NCBI GenBank assembly: GCA_047495785.1
Contig: JBLDXI010000031.1
Span: forward strand, 1 to 64,000
Reading direction: 5' to 3'
DNA length: 64,000 nt
From: Lepidodermella squamata
Taxonomy: Eukaryota; Animalia; Gastrotricha
Shown here: piece by piece, positions 23,643 to 35,881 of the stretch
Layout of the letters: each line of letters opens with the position of its first letter
How positions within the stretch are numbered: position 1 is the stretch's first letter
Translations under genes and position numbers: made by a program
Notes under the pieces: generated by a model
What the model was told of the DNA's origin: nothing
The model's input: only the letters and a program-made list of their open reading frames with translations
The model's database searches: none

Positions 23643-26600
23643 ATGGCAGATGATGCCGCAAAGGACTTGCCATTTCGAGCCGAATACGCGAAAAGTGGCC
23701 GGGCAGGGTGTCGCGGGTGCAAGGAAACTATTTCTCAAGACTCGCTACGCCTCGCGGTCATGATCCAGAGCCCGCATTTCGACGGGAAAATGCCCAATTG
23801 GTACCACTACGCGTGTTTCTGGAAGAAAGCTCGAGTTCAGAAGACAGAAGATATTCACGGGTTTCACTCACTGCGGTGGGAAGATCAGCAGAAAATTGAG
23901 AAGCAAATCGGAGGAGGTGGGGCCGCGGGTGGAGATGCGGCTGCCTCGTCCGGAAAAGGCAAAGGCAAGGGCAAAAAAGGCGCCGCGGCAGCAGCAGCTG
24001 TTGATGATTCCGGGACACGAGATTTTAAGGTGGAATACGCGAAATCAGGCGGGTCCAAGTGCCGCGCTTGCGAGGAGAAAATTCCGAAAAATGAAGCTCG
24101 GTTAGGGAAAATGGACTACGAGTCTGACCAGGCGAAGATGTACGGACCTCAGGTGAGAATATTAAACTGAATTTAGCCGACTTTCGATAGCTGCTCTTCA
24201 AAACCGCTAGGCATTTTAATTATGAAATATATCAATAGGGCTTAACGGCGAATTATCCGCTCATTTACGCCGATCCTTGCAGTTGTTAATTGTTTAAATC
24301 GAAAATAATTTTGGTAAAATTTCAAAAAAATTTGAATCGCACAAATCTAATTCTGATTTCGGAAATGCTAAAAAATGTCAGATTTCTCGAAAAACTTGAT
24401 CGAAAATTTTTCTGATACGACTACTTTCAGAATCAATCAATATTTACTTGTTGGGTTTTATCTATTGAATCGTAATTTAACTGATTTTTCAGACTCTGTG
24501 GCACCACGTTCAATGTTTTGTTGATAAACGCGTCGATCTCGGCTTCACGACTGAATTGAATGTCGAAACGTGCGCCGGATTTGCGCAGCTCGAGAAGGAA
24601 GACCAACAGCGACTGGTCACCCTACTCGGCAAGGGCGAGTCATCGCGGCCGAAAAGTGTCACAAATCAGGATAAAGAGGACGGCAAGAAGTCGTCGAAAA
24701 AACGCAAGGCCAAGGACGAGCCGGATAACGAAGATTCGATCTCAACAACATCGACCGCGGTCGAGAATAAAAAAGCAAAGGACGATGTCGCCGAGCAACT
24801 CAAGTTGCAGAATAAAGAAATCTGGGAAGTTCGCGATAAATTACAAAATTCAGATTTGAGCACGCGAGATATGAAAGAATTGCTCGAATTCAACGACCAG
24901 CACGTGCCTGAGGCCGGGAAATTGATCGAACGACTCGCTGATTGCCTGCTATTCGGCGCTTTAGCCCTGTGCCCTGAATGTAAAAAGGGTCATTTAGTCC
25001 ACTCAGATACGTGCAATGCCTATCGTTGCACTGGTCAAATGACTGAATGGGCGAAATGTGCCTATCAAACTAAGACCCCGAAACGGAAAAAGATGGTATT
25101 TCCGGACGACCTCAAAGAATCGGTTGATATTTTCAAAAAATATAAATACAAAGCGAGAGAGCGAATTTTCCCGCCAGATCGCGTTAATCCCGTGAAAAAG
25201 GAGGAGGCTACTTCGAAAACTGACGATTCGAAACCGTTATCTCTGCTGAAATTTGTTGTCAGTGGTCGAATGACACGGCCTGTCAACGAATTGCGCCAGG
25301 CTTTGAGTAATTTAGGCGCTACAATAGCCGCTGATGTCGATGGCACGGTCATCGCCCTGGTCACGAGCTCAGCTGAGGCGAAAAAAGGCTCGGCGAAATC
25401 GAAAATAATCCAATCAGCCGAAACTGCCGATATCCACGTTGTCGGCGAGGAATTTATCACCGAAGTCCTTGAAGTGGCGAAAAATTCGAAATTGAAAGTT
25501 GTTGTTCAAGACCCGGGTCAACCTGCAGACCCGGTTCCGGACGGATTCACCAATTTGGCTGATTTGATTGTGAAACATCAGATTGTGCCGAATTGCGGTG
25601 GTAATGTCAATTCGAGGATTCGGTTGAATTTGGCGAAGTCGATGGGTATTGTTGCGAAATCAACTGCGGCGTTGAAATCGGGCCTGAAATCGGATTATAA
25701 AAGCGGCCCAGAAACGAAAAAGTTCAAGGTCAAAGGCCGCTCGGCCGTTGATCCAGACTCAGGTTAGTTCATTTTTTGAAAAAATATTTAAAAAAAGAAA
25801 TGTCGGAACATTTTACGCGAGAATATGTAATTGGTATAAATTTTCAGGAACAAAATTCAAGAACAAAAAAAATGTCTGAATCTAAGATTTAAATTAATTT
25901 TTGCAATTCCAAAACTAAAAAATTGAAAAAAATTATTATTTCGATTCAATTAATTTTTCGTAAATACGAAACCGAAACAATAGGTATTCTTTTTAGCCAT
26001 TTTGTTGCCTTTTTCAAGTAATCTCGCGTCTCGCGTATTATTTTCGGTCACATCTTCGGACTATTCGATACAGGCGGCGGTCAGAATAGCCGATCGTCGC
26101 CTCACTTTGCGTCCGTACATCAATTTTTCACGGCTTGAAAAGCCAACTTGACTACAAAGTCGATCGGTCGTTACCGTGGCCGAACGGGACAGATTTCAGT
26201 TGGACATTACATTTTCTCGTTAAATTCTTTTCCTAGGTTTGGACGACGAAGCTCACGTGCTGGAAGAAGGCTCTTGCATTTGGAATTGCGTCCTCAATTT
26301 GGTATCGATCGAAAACAAAATGAATTCCTACTACAGGCTACAATTGATAGAAAGCGACACCAAGTAAATTTTGTGATTTTTTTCCTCATTTTTTTTATAA
26401 TTTATTCCGAATTTTATCAGGAAAACTTGGTGGGTTTTCCGAGCTTGGGGTCGAATTGGCACAACCATTGGCAGCAACAAACTTGAGAGGTACTCGAGTA
26501 AGGACAAAGCCAAGGATAATTTCGAAGAGGTGTTTCTTGAAAAAACCGGCAATCCGTGGAATAAGGGCGCGTTTTCCCGCCAGAAAATCCCAGGCCGCTT

Positions 26601-29600
26601 CTACCCGGTCGACGTTGATTTCGGGGTCGACCCTGATGAACAGGCGAGCAGTTTGTCGCTGGACAAGGCCGGCGGTTCGTCGAAGCTGCCGAAGGAGGTT
26701 CAAGAGTTGATCCGGTTGATCTTTGACGTCAAAATGATGAAGAAGATCATGGCTGAGATGGAGATTGATTTGAAGAAAATGCCACTCGGTAGACTGAGCA
26801 AGTCGCAAATTCAACAGGTTTGTATTACAATTTTTTAATGGGGCTGGTTTGATTCAAGTTGACGTGGTCAGTTTAGTCAGCTTTCCGAACATAAGAGGAT
26901 AATTATTAGCATGGGTGATTCCTTGCGTGCTAAAACAATTAAAACCTTTAAAATCCTTAATCGCGCGTTCAAGAAGACTGGAAAGATAGTGTTTGTATAG
27001 TTTTCTATTTAATTTTCTGCTCCCAGCTGAAGACCAAAAGCATGAAAGGGAATAATCAGTTGTTTCATCGAAGATTTAAAAGATTTAAAAGAGAAGTTAA
27101 TTTCATGGCGATAGAGGATCCCCGCGGTCGCTCGAGCTTTTGAAGGATCAATTTTCTTAACTGCGGACTCCACTTAGGTCCAGACCACTCTGTGTAGTCA
27201 TCGCGTGTTCTTTGATCTCATAGTGCACGAGACCCCGCGTTGGGCTTACTGCAACAGACACGGAGAAGTTATTTCCAGGACTTGACGTTGGCATTTTCGT
27301 AATAGCCCGCTTGCCTTTTTTGCCCGACCGAATCACCCTCGTGCCCAGAGACATTGATTGAAACTCTAGACACAGAACGGGTTGGCCGACGGAAAAACCG
27401 GCAAGAGAATCACCAGCCGGTTGAACCGTGAATTGAGGCCATATTGAGGCTCTGACATTTGAGTGGTGTTGAAAGACGGTTCATTCGAATAGACGCCGGT
27501 GTCGAACGGCATGGAGGATAACAAACTGACATTCGAGGGTGTTGTGAAAGTCACGGTGGTAGCTCGGTTGCTGACTGCGGGCTCTTGAACAATAGTTCTC
27601 GTAATCGACATTTGTCGATGTCGGAGAAACGCATTGTGGGCGGGAAATCGATCCATGCCACTATGGTGCTGCGGCGCGGACGGACGCGTCGACGTTGGCG
27701 GGCGATAACCAGACCTAAGCTTATAAGGCAAAAACTTGGGGAAGCCGTCAACAAAAATTGGATTCATGAATTCGCCCAAATAACGACCTATCTTATTGCA
27801 GCCGTAACAGGCAGTTACGGTGCGTCGACAAACAGTGCAGCGACTAGCGGCGTGTCCGCAACGGGCAGTCTCAGGCGATGCCAGGCCTTCACCTGCATCC
27901 CCGACGACCAGTGCCCCGTTCGGAGGCAGAACTTCGTTGCGAGCAGCAATCTGGATGGCATACTCCAACCTAAAGCGGGTAAAAATATTCACCAAGATCA
28001 ACGTTGCGTTATCTTTTAAGTAATTCGAAACAAAGTTCTTGCAGCCCTCCGTTTGGATCGGCAGAGTTGCGAAAAACAATTTTGCCAGGATTTCTTGATT
28101 GTAAAAAGAATCTCCGCCTTGCTGCGACTTCAATTTGTTAAGGACCTTGCTAAAACTTGCGATATGGGCATCGGGCGAAGTCCCTAAAAGAAAAACAGGT
28201 AAATCGCGGTAAGCCACCAGCGACTGGACGACTGGACGAGTGGATGGTCGAGCGTGAGAGCGGCGTTGACGTCATTCCAACACTTCACGGCCGAATAGTT
28301 ATCATTGATGATGAACGTAAGGTGTTCACCAATCGTTCGCGCGATTGCATAGCGGATCTCGCCATTGAGGATCGTCCACCAACGCTCGTTGTTACCATCA
28401 GCCGGCGGTTCAGCGGTTCCCGTCATGATTTCCAGCGCACCTTTCAAATGAAACATCTGGTTCCGCCAAGCGGCCAGGTTGGTCGTGTCGTTGAGTACAA
28501 CCTTGAATTCTTCGCTTCCTGAGCCCATAACAATATTGAGTTTCCAAATTGCGCACGAGCCGATAAATCGAATAAAAATTGCGTAGGTTCGTGCGACTAG
28601 CACCGAATTAGACAGCATTCCAGCCACAGGGCTAGCACACCTTCCACACACCTAAAGCAATAGGGAAAATTAAAATTTAATTTTTCTAAATTTTCTTAGG
28701 CTTACACCGTGCTATCCGATCTGCAAAAAGCTATCGAAAACCCACCCAGCGACGGCGCCTCGAACAAGCAGTATGTTTTCATCGACGCTTCAAACCGCTT
28801 CTACTCGCTGATCCCGCACGATTTCGGCATGAATGCCCCGCCTCTCATCGATTCTTTGAAGGCGATTCAAGACAAAACGACCATGCTGGACGAACTGATG
28901 CAAATCGAACTCGCGTATCGAATGTTGTCCGATTCCGGGCAAAGCGGCGCCGAAGACCCGTTGGACGTGCACTACAAGCAGTTGAAGACGGAAATCGTCC
29001 CTGTTGATAAGGCGAGTGATGAGTTCAAGCTGTTGGAGCGGTATGTCAAGAACACGCACGCGGCCACGCATTCGCAGTACAAACTGGTCGTCCAGGACGT
29101 GTTTCGGGTGGATCGCAGCGGCGAGGCGGGTCGGTTCGAGCCGTTCCATAAACTGCATAACCACCAGCTGTTGTGGCACGGGTCGCGGCTCACCAATTTC
29201 GTCGGCATTCTCAGTCAAGGTATGCATGAAAACATTAATAGCTATGCTGTCATGCGGGGAAACTTTGGACAAAACCCGTGTTTTTTTTCGGTTTTAAGAT
29301 TATTCCTAATTCAGAAAATTAAGACAGAGATGTTAACCTGTCCAAAATTACCCAGCGCAACCCCTTTTAACTGAGTTATTATCCAATTATTCAAATTTCA
29401 AATACACATAAGTAACGCAAAATATAAAATGCCATACGAATAGTAATCAAGTATGTCTCATGTGAATGGGAAATGGGATTAAAAAATCCGAAGAAATGTT
29501 ATCCAACCAGTTAAAAACCGAAAATTACCGAACCAGTTACCATCGGGGTTTTTCAGGGTTTTCTCCGGTAAATTTTTAATTTATTCGGTAGAGTCGTGGA

Positions 29601-30437
29601 TAAATGATGGAAGACATCCCCCAGCGGGCTTAATTCCAAAAAATAACCTATTTATTATCTAAAAAATGTCCAAAATTGAAAATGGTATGCCCATTTTAGC
29701 GAATAAACGCCTAATTTTTCAATCTTGAAATTTTGAACTCTTCTGGAATTTTTTTACCATCTTGATGAAATGTTGATAATTTTTAGGTCTAAGGATCGCG
29801 CCTCCTGAAGCGCCGTCGACTGGTTACATGTTCGGAAAGGGCGTTTATTTCGCCGATATGGTCTCGAAATCGGCGAATTACTGCTTCACCTCGGCTATGA
29901 ACAACACGGGCCTGTTGCTGCTATCAGACGTGGCTCTCGGAAATCCTCACGAGGTTCTACATGCGAAGAGCTTCAGCAAAGCGCCTCAGGTATTTATTCA
30001 AGATGCTAAGGCTGAAAATGTATCGAAAATTGAAATACAGAAAAAATGAGGAGGATTTTTTAATTTAAAGTTTTTTTGAAATCCCAAATTTTTTGAACGT
30101 GATTTTTGAATTATCACTCGAAATATGGTTTTTCGAGTTTCACATCTCTAAAATATTTTCTCATAATTTCGATTTTCGTACTTGAAATGTAATTTTTTGT
30201 GTTTTATTCCAGGGATTTCATTCGGTCAAAGGCTGTGGCATGACGTGTCCGGATCCGAATGGCGCCGCCCAGTTGCCGGTGGCTGACGCCGGTTACGAAA
30301 TCACGGTGCCCTGTGGCAAGCCCAAACAGTCGGGCGCTGCTGGATCGTCGCTGCTCTACAACGAATTCATCGTGTACGACGAGGCTCAAATCCGCCTGCG
30401 CTACCTGCTGAAACTCGACTTCAAATACAGCGTTTGA
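23643..30437 (+). CDS. PARP1: Poly(ADP-ribose) polymerase 1 (Zn1-Zn2-Zn3-BRCT-WGR-HD-ART), 7 exons
   Basis: [13 protein letters not shown]...WYHYAC, second finger [74 protein letters not shown] (H-Y-E triad intact). Exons ~23643-24152, 24493-25762, 26237-26363, 26421-26817, 28700-29219, 29787-29989, 30213-30437. Confidence 0.97.
27170..27375 (-). mobile_element. Fragment of a Tc1/IS630-type DDE_3 transposase
   Basis: Frameshifted SFN...[37 protein letters not shown] resembles the segment after the first catalytic Asp of DDE_3 transposases. Confidence 0.5.
27740..28650 (-). mobile_element. Degenerate Ty1/copia retroelement 5' end (putative LTR, PBS, frameshifted gag) in a PARP1 intron
   Basis: Putative LTR starting TGTG at 28650. 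PBS GTTATGGGCTCAG (28519-28531) resembles the copia half-tRNAiMet PBS GGTTATGGGCCCAG. Gag-like NLAAWRNQM...SAVKCWNDV and [12 protein letters not shown]...FFATLP, with a degenerate zinc knuckle [10 protein letters not shown]. Confidence 0.7.
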
Positions 30438-31515
30438 ATAACACATTCCAGTCGGACATTTTATGCACAAAATATCAGAGACCATATTGACAATGCCATG
30501 AACATTTTTCATTTCTATATAACCTCATTACGCAGTGATATTATAATAATATTGTAAAAATTACGCGTGTAATAAAAAATTCGTGTTTCTTGAGCGAATT
30601 TCCACGGAAAAATTTGAGCTGAAACTGGTTTGAAATTGCTGCAACGCCTGTTGTTTGAAGAAGCGGACTCGTGATAATGAATGTTTTACGGTTGTTGAGA
30701 ACATTACCTGCTCTTGATTTTTCGTTTCGTTATGCCATTTTTCAGTATATTAATAATTTTGTGAGGCTATATTCCGGTTGATTGTATCGAATTATCTTGT
30801 ATTAAATAAAGGGAAATTTGAAAATATTCTTGCAGAGTTTTTCATCGAAGTAACACGGTGAGTGAATCGGGATTCATCGCAAACCCACCCGGTAGCGTGT
30901 GGTAAAGATGAGCAGCTTGTGCGAGAAACGTGATGTTATTCACGAGAAACGTGAACCTCATGATATTTCACGCAAATTATTTCAATATTTAAGCTTGATT
31001 TCGTGGCAATTTAGAACTCTTGTCTCTTGTCTGCCTAACCTTGAAGAATTTCAAGTTGCGGGTAATTTTGATAGATCTGCCCTAAATTCGGATCGACTTT
31101 TGATTTGGTTTTCGAGAACACAGAAATTCCCACTTTCCTTATTCATGCCAAATATGAATAAAACATCTAAAAGGGAAACATCTAAAAAGGTTAAGAACCT
31201 GTTACTCCTATCGTTTCAAAGGTAACCCCGCGTAAAGGTATATTCATCTGACTGAGCCAGAATTAACGGCGATCTATATAATAAAAGTAGAATTAACTTT
31301 GAACGTCATGGAATTTGAGAGAAATTTTGAAAAAATGGGGTCACAGTTACGCAACTGCTGGAAAGATGTAAGCATAAGATTTCAACTTTGTTACGCAATC
31401 ATAATCCGAACATTGTTCGATTGGTTCGTAGACAATCACAGCCGCACAACGTCATTTTTCATCGCTGTTAGCACGACCTTTTTCAGAATTTTTGTCAACT
31501 CGAAACGCGATAGTA

Positions 31516-34500
31516 ATGACTCGATCCGAGCCGAAATCTGGCCACGACCGGCCTTACAAAGCTGAGTACGCGAAAAGCGGTGGTTCGCACTGCCACCGGT
31601 GTAACAACATGATTGCCGATGGCTCGTTACGCTTGGCTGAAATGCCCGATGCGGCGACGGTTCCGGACGCGCGGACGCCGCAGTACTTTCACTTTTCCTG
31701 CTTCTGGCGCAAACATACCGCCAAAAGTTTGAACGAATTCGAAAATTGGCGCGATTTACGCTCGGCTGACCAGCAAGCTATGGAAGAAGCTATTCACGGT
31801 TGGCTGAACCTTTCAATTTAAAACTTCTTCAAATTCCAAAAATTTTAATTATTTATTTAAATTAAAATTTTTTAATTTTTTTCAGGTATGCATACTGCGG
31901 GCGAGACGACCGAGGAAGAAGAAGAAGCGTCGGAACTTGCGGGCGAAGTTGCAACTGAGAAGCAAAGGGTGCCGGAAGCTGCTCAAGCGGCACTCGAGGC
32001 TGGCGCCCATCGAGCCGGTCTTCGAACTTTTAAAATCGGCTATGCTAGGTCACGTGGCAGCCGGTGCCGGGCTTGCGATGAAAACATCAACATGGGCGAT
32101 GTTCGAATCGGAAAACACGACGGTAATTTTATTGCCCTAATTTCAGACATTTTCGAAGTTTTAAATTTGAAAATTTTGATTTTTAGTGGACACCGAACAT
32201 GCATTGATGTACGGACCCCGGATTCAGTATCACCACATCAGATGCTTTGTAGCGAATCGACAAGAGCTGGACTTTCCGTCCAATGCGAAACTCGAACAAA
32301 TAGCCGGATTCAACACGCTTCGCGACCACGACAAACGGCGATTGGTCGAAGCCCTGGGCGGTAAGATGCCACCTAAGCAGACACCAAAGGGTGGTGACCA
32401 AGAGACCCGACCTGGCCGAGATTCCGGTCTTGGCGATGAGGAGGAGCATCATCAAAAAACTACGACGACCTTCAAACCGCATGTTGCCGCTGATTTCCGG
32501 GGTGAAGGCATCAAGACGATGAAGCCGGAGGAGGCGGAGAGGGAGAGGGAGAGGGAGGAAGAGGCTGGGGGCGAGGAAGAATACGAGGAAGGCGATGTGT
32601 CTGAAGGCCCGGCTCGGCGGGTCATTGCTCGGCGCCAATCAAGAAAAATGGAGCATGAGCAGCAGCAACATCAGCAAAAGGAAAATCGCGAGCAAGAAGA
32701 GCAGCCGATGGAGCAGGGGAGTGGGGGCGATGAGGTGAAGGAACAAAAATCACCCCATTTAGCGGCCTTCCGACCTCCGCCCTTACTTGAATCAGGTAAA
32801 ATTTAAAAAAATTGGCGGAATGAGGCCAACATTTTTCGATTTTTTCAATTTTGAAATTTTAAAATTTAAATTTTTCAAAATTCGAAATTAGTGCGGATCC
32901 AGGATATTACTTGGAAATTTTTCCAATTCGCTTTCACATTTTCAATTTTAATATTTTACTATTTTAGGTGAAAGGCCGTTGAATAACCTTCGATTTTTCA
33001 TTGCGGGTCGCATGCAGCGCCGCTCGCTGGCCGAGGTGCGCGAGGACCTGGTTCGCCTCGGCGCCACTATTGTACCGGAACCTGATGACACGACCGTGGC
33101 GGCTGTTGTCTCCGATTACAAGGCCCGCATCGGCTCCCACAGCACCCACGTCCGAGCTGCCATAAAAGCCGATGTTCACGTCGTGGGCGAGGTAATCTTT
33201 TTTTTTAATTTTCCTGCATTTCTGTCGATTTTTTCAATTTAAAAAAATGGAAAAAACTTTTAAACATTTTCAAAAATTCAAAAATCTCCATTTTTCATTT
33301 TCATTTTATGAATTTTGTTATTTTTTAGGATTTTGTGGATGACTGTGTTGCCGCCGCTCAAGCTGGTCGCCTCGTCGCTGACCCTGCCTCGTACCACGAG
33401 GCGAAACATAACGGCTCGGTATGGTTGGCTGAGTTGGTCGAGCGTCACGCTCTGGTTTCGAATTGCGGCAGTGACGTGGCGGCCCGAATTCGCCGCTGTT
33501 TAGCCGCGTCCCACGAAATCGGCGGCCGGCACTTGGGCAAGTCAACGGCCGAGGCGATTGAGTCGTCGCCGAAAAAAGGCGAGAAAGGCGAAGGCGTGGA
33601 GGAAAAACGCCCGAAAGTGGAACCTCGGCGAACGGTTGATCCCGAATCAGGTACTTCTAAAAATTTGAAAATAATTCAAACTTGAAATTTGATTGATTTC
33701 CCTATTTCTGGGAAGTCTCCAGAATCTTGCTATGATTTTTTCCAAAAATAAAGATAGGTCTATAAGCATTTTCACCAATAAAGTCGAGTTCCCAGCGCCC
33801 AATTTTTTAAGCGCCGAATAGCTATTTTGGCTTATTTTCTTTTGTTGATAGGTACTGAGGCTCTGGGATTCTCGGTACCAGTTAGGTAGAAACATGTTTA
33901 TTTTAGGCCTCTATGACCTTTGGTATCGGAAAAATTACTGATTTGAAAAACCGACCCGTGGAATCACCATCGGCATGAAAAAATTTAAGATAAAAAAGAT
34001 TAGGTACCATATTTTGGAGAAATTTAGTGCTGGAACCCAAGGGTCACTTGCTGGAACACTTGGACTGATTAGATATTGCGTGCGGAACCTTGAAGTTTCG
34101 TGGAAATTCCCAAGAGTTTCAAGCGCTTTCGAGAAAAAATTAAATTCTGTTCAAAAATTCAGTTGGCTTAAAAAAAGTGGCCACATAAAGCAGAGAAAAT
34201 TCTGGACGAAAAATAGTATCTTGCCGATGCAAGTCGTTTGCGACTAGCTGAGATGGAAGATAGAATTGAAAAATCGCCGGTGAATTTCAGGAAACAAGTC
34301 CAAAGAAGAGCTTTTGCGTAGCCTTTCAATTTGAAGTTAGCTGTTGGCAGTTACAGTGATTGGAATGATTTCAACTGAGCGATTGAGCGTTGTAATTTTG
34401 CATCTTAGCTCAGTGTTTGGTTCAGCTCAATTCATCATCGATATGTTAATCAGCCTGATTTTGAGAATTCGGGTCACCATTCTCCATTAAAAAGGACGTG

Positions 34501-35187
34501 ATTGCGATAACCTGGCTATTAGGCAGTTTTATTAGTCTTTCGCCCCTATACGCAACTGCGATGGTCCCTGAGATTGATTTGAGAGAGGAAGAAACCAAAT
34601 TGAGAAAATGAGAAAAAATTTAACCAGAACTATACAGAAGCTATGTGGTAGTATCGGTGTGATCTTGGCGTGTAATAAATATCAAGTAATTAACAATTGA
34701 AAAATTAGTTAGAAATTTTTTTTTCGAAAATCTCACAATTGAATCAAATTTAGGCTCGGAACACAAGAAATGCATACATACTTAGTTAACTTTTATGAAT
34801 ATTTTTTTAGGCTTGGAAGATGAAGCCCACGTCTTCGAAGAGGACGGCTGTGTCTGGAGCGTTTTACTCCATTCAATCCCCGAGGTGAGCCTATCGAATT
34901 TCTACTACCGAATCCAACTGTTCGAATCCAACGACAACGCCGTATGGTGGGTCTACCGGTCGTGGGGCCGCGTTGCCACCGCCATTGGCTCGACCAAGCT
35001 CGACGTTTTCGACTCGAAAGACGCGGCTAAGCGCAATTTCGAGGAGGTTTTCACGGATAAAACCGGCCTCGAGTGGAATAAGGGGCAATTTTCGGCTGAA
35101 CGCATCGTTGGCCGGTACTACCCTATCGACGAGACGGACGTTGAAACGCCGCAGACGGACGAGCCGCAAAAAATGGCCGTTGACTGA
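31516..35187 (+). CDS. PARP1 paralog without catalytic domain (Zn1-Zn2-acidic linker-BRCT-WGR), 6 exons
   Basis: [13 protein letters not shown]...YFHFSC, GYARSRGSRCRAC...YHHIRC, Glu-rich linker, BRCT (LRFFIAGRM...DVHVVGE) and RSWGRV. TGA at 35185-35187, AATAAA at ~35333. Confidence 0.85.
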
Positions 35188-35881
35188 AATTAATATGGCA
35201 ACGCGCTGGGATTTTCGTAAAGCTAACATTTTTTAATCACTTAATTTCTTAGAATTTCTCACTCTTTTAATTAACCTTATTTCTCAATAAGCTTTTGTAA
35301 TATAATTGATGATAATAACGAGAGGCGGAGACAATAAAATAATTGTTTTATTATCGAAAGATCTTTTTTATTTTATTTTTAAATTAAGTTTAAAAATTTA
35401 AATTGCTGATAGCTGAAATTTAATAGATTGAAAGAAAAATTTCTGGGCAAATTGCAACAGTACTGCGAGTAGGAATCGAGCTTGAAAGAAAAAATTTCAA
35501 AAATTTGTATTATAAAATTAAGAAAATTGAATATCAAATTTTGAGAAAACGCTGTCTCTAAAGTGGCAGTTCACTTCAACGAATTATTCGCTATGAAGTT
35601 TTCAAAAAAATATAAATTCAGAAATTCTTTGAAAATTTCCAGAATTAGTTCATCAGTGGGCTAAAATTTTGAAATTCGGGAAAAGTTCATTCGCCGAAAT
35701 TATTTTGAATTTGTTGAAGCTCTATCGAGAAGTACCTTTCTTTCTATTGATCTTTTCATCATTTCCCTGCAAACAGCAGCATTTTTGGAATTTTTGGAAT
35801 TTTTGGCGGATTTTGGCAACGTTTTATTCCTCTTTTCCATTCTCGTTTTTTTCTTAGAATTTACCAAAATTGTAATTTATA

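Noticed and set aside
27585-28522. Plus-strand ORFs as extra PARP1 exons
   Set aside because: PARP1 splices cleanly from 26817 to 28700 (QIQQ|AYTVL); these ORFs are antisense to the gag remnant.
33700-34790. ORFs in the long intron of PARP paralog B
   Set aside because: No recognisable motifs; probably intronic or repeat-derived DNA.
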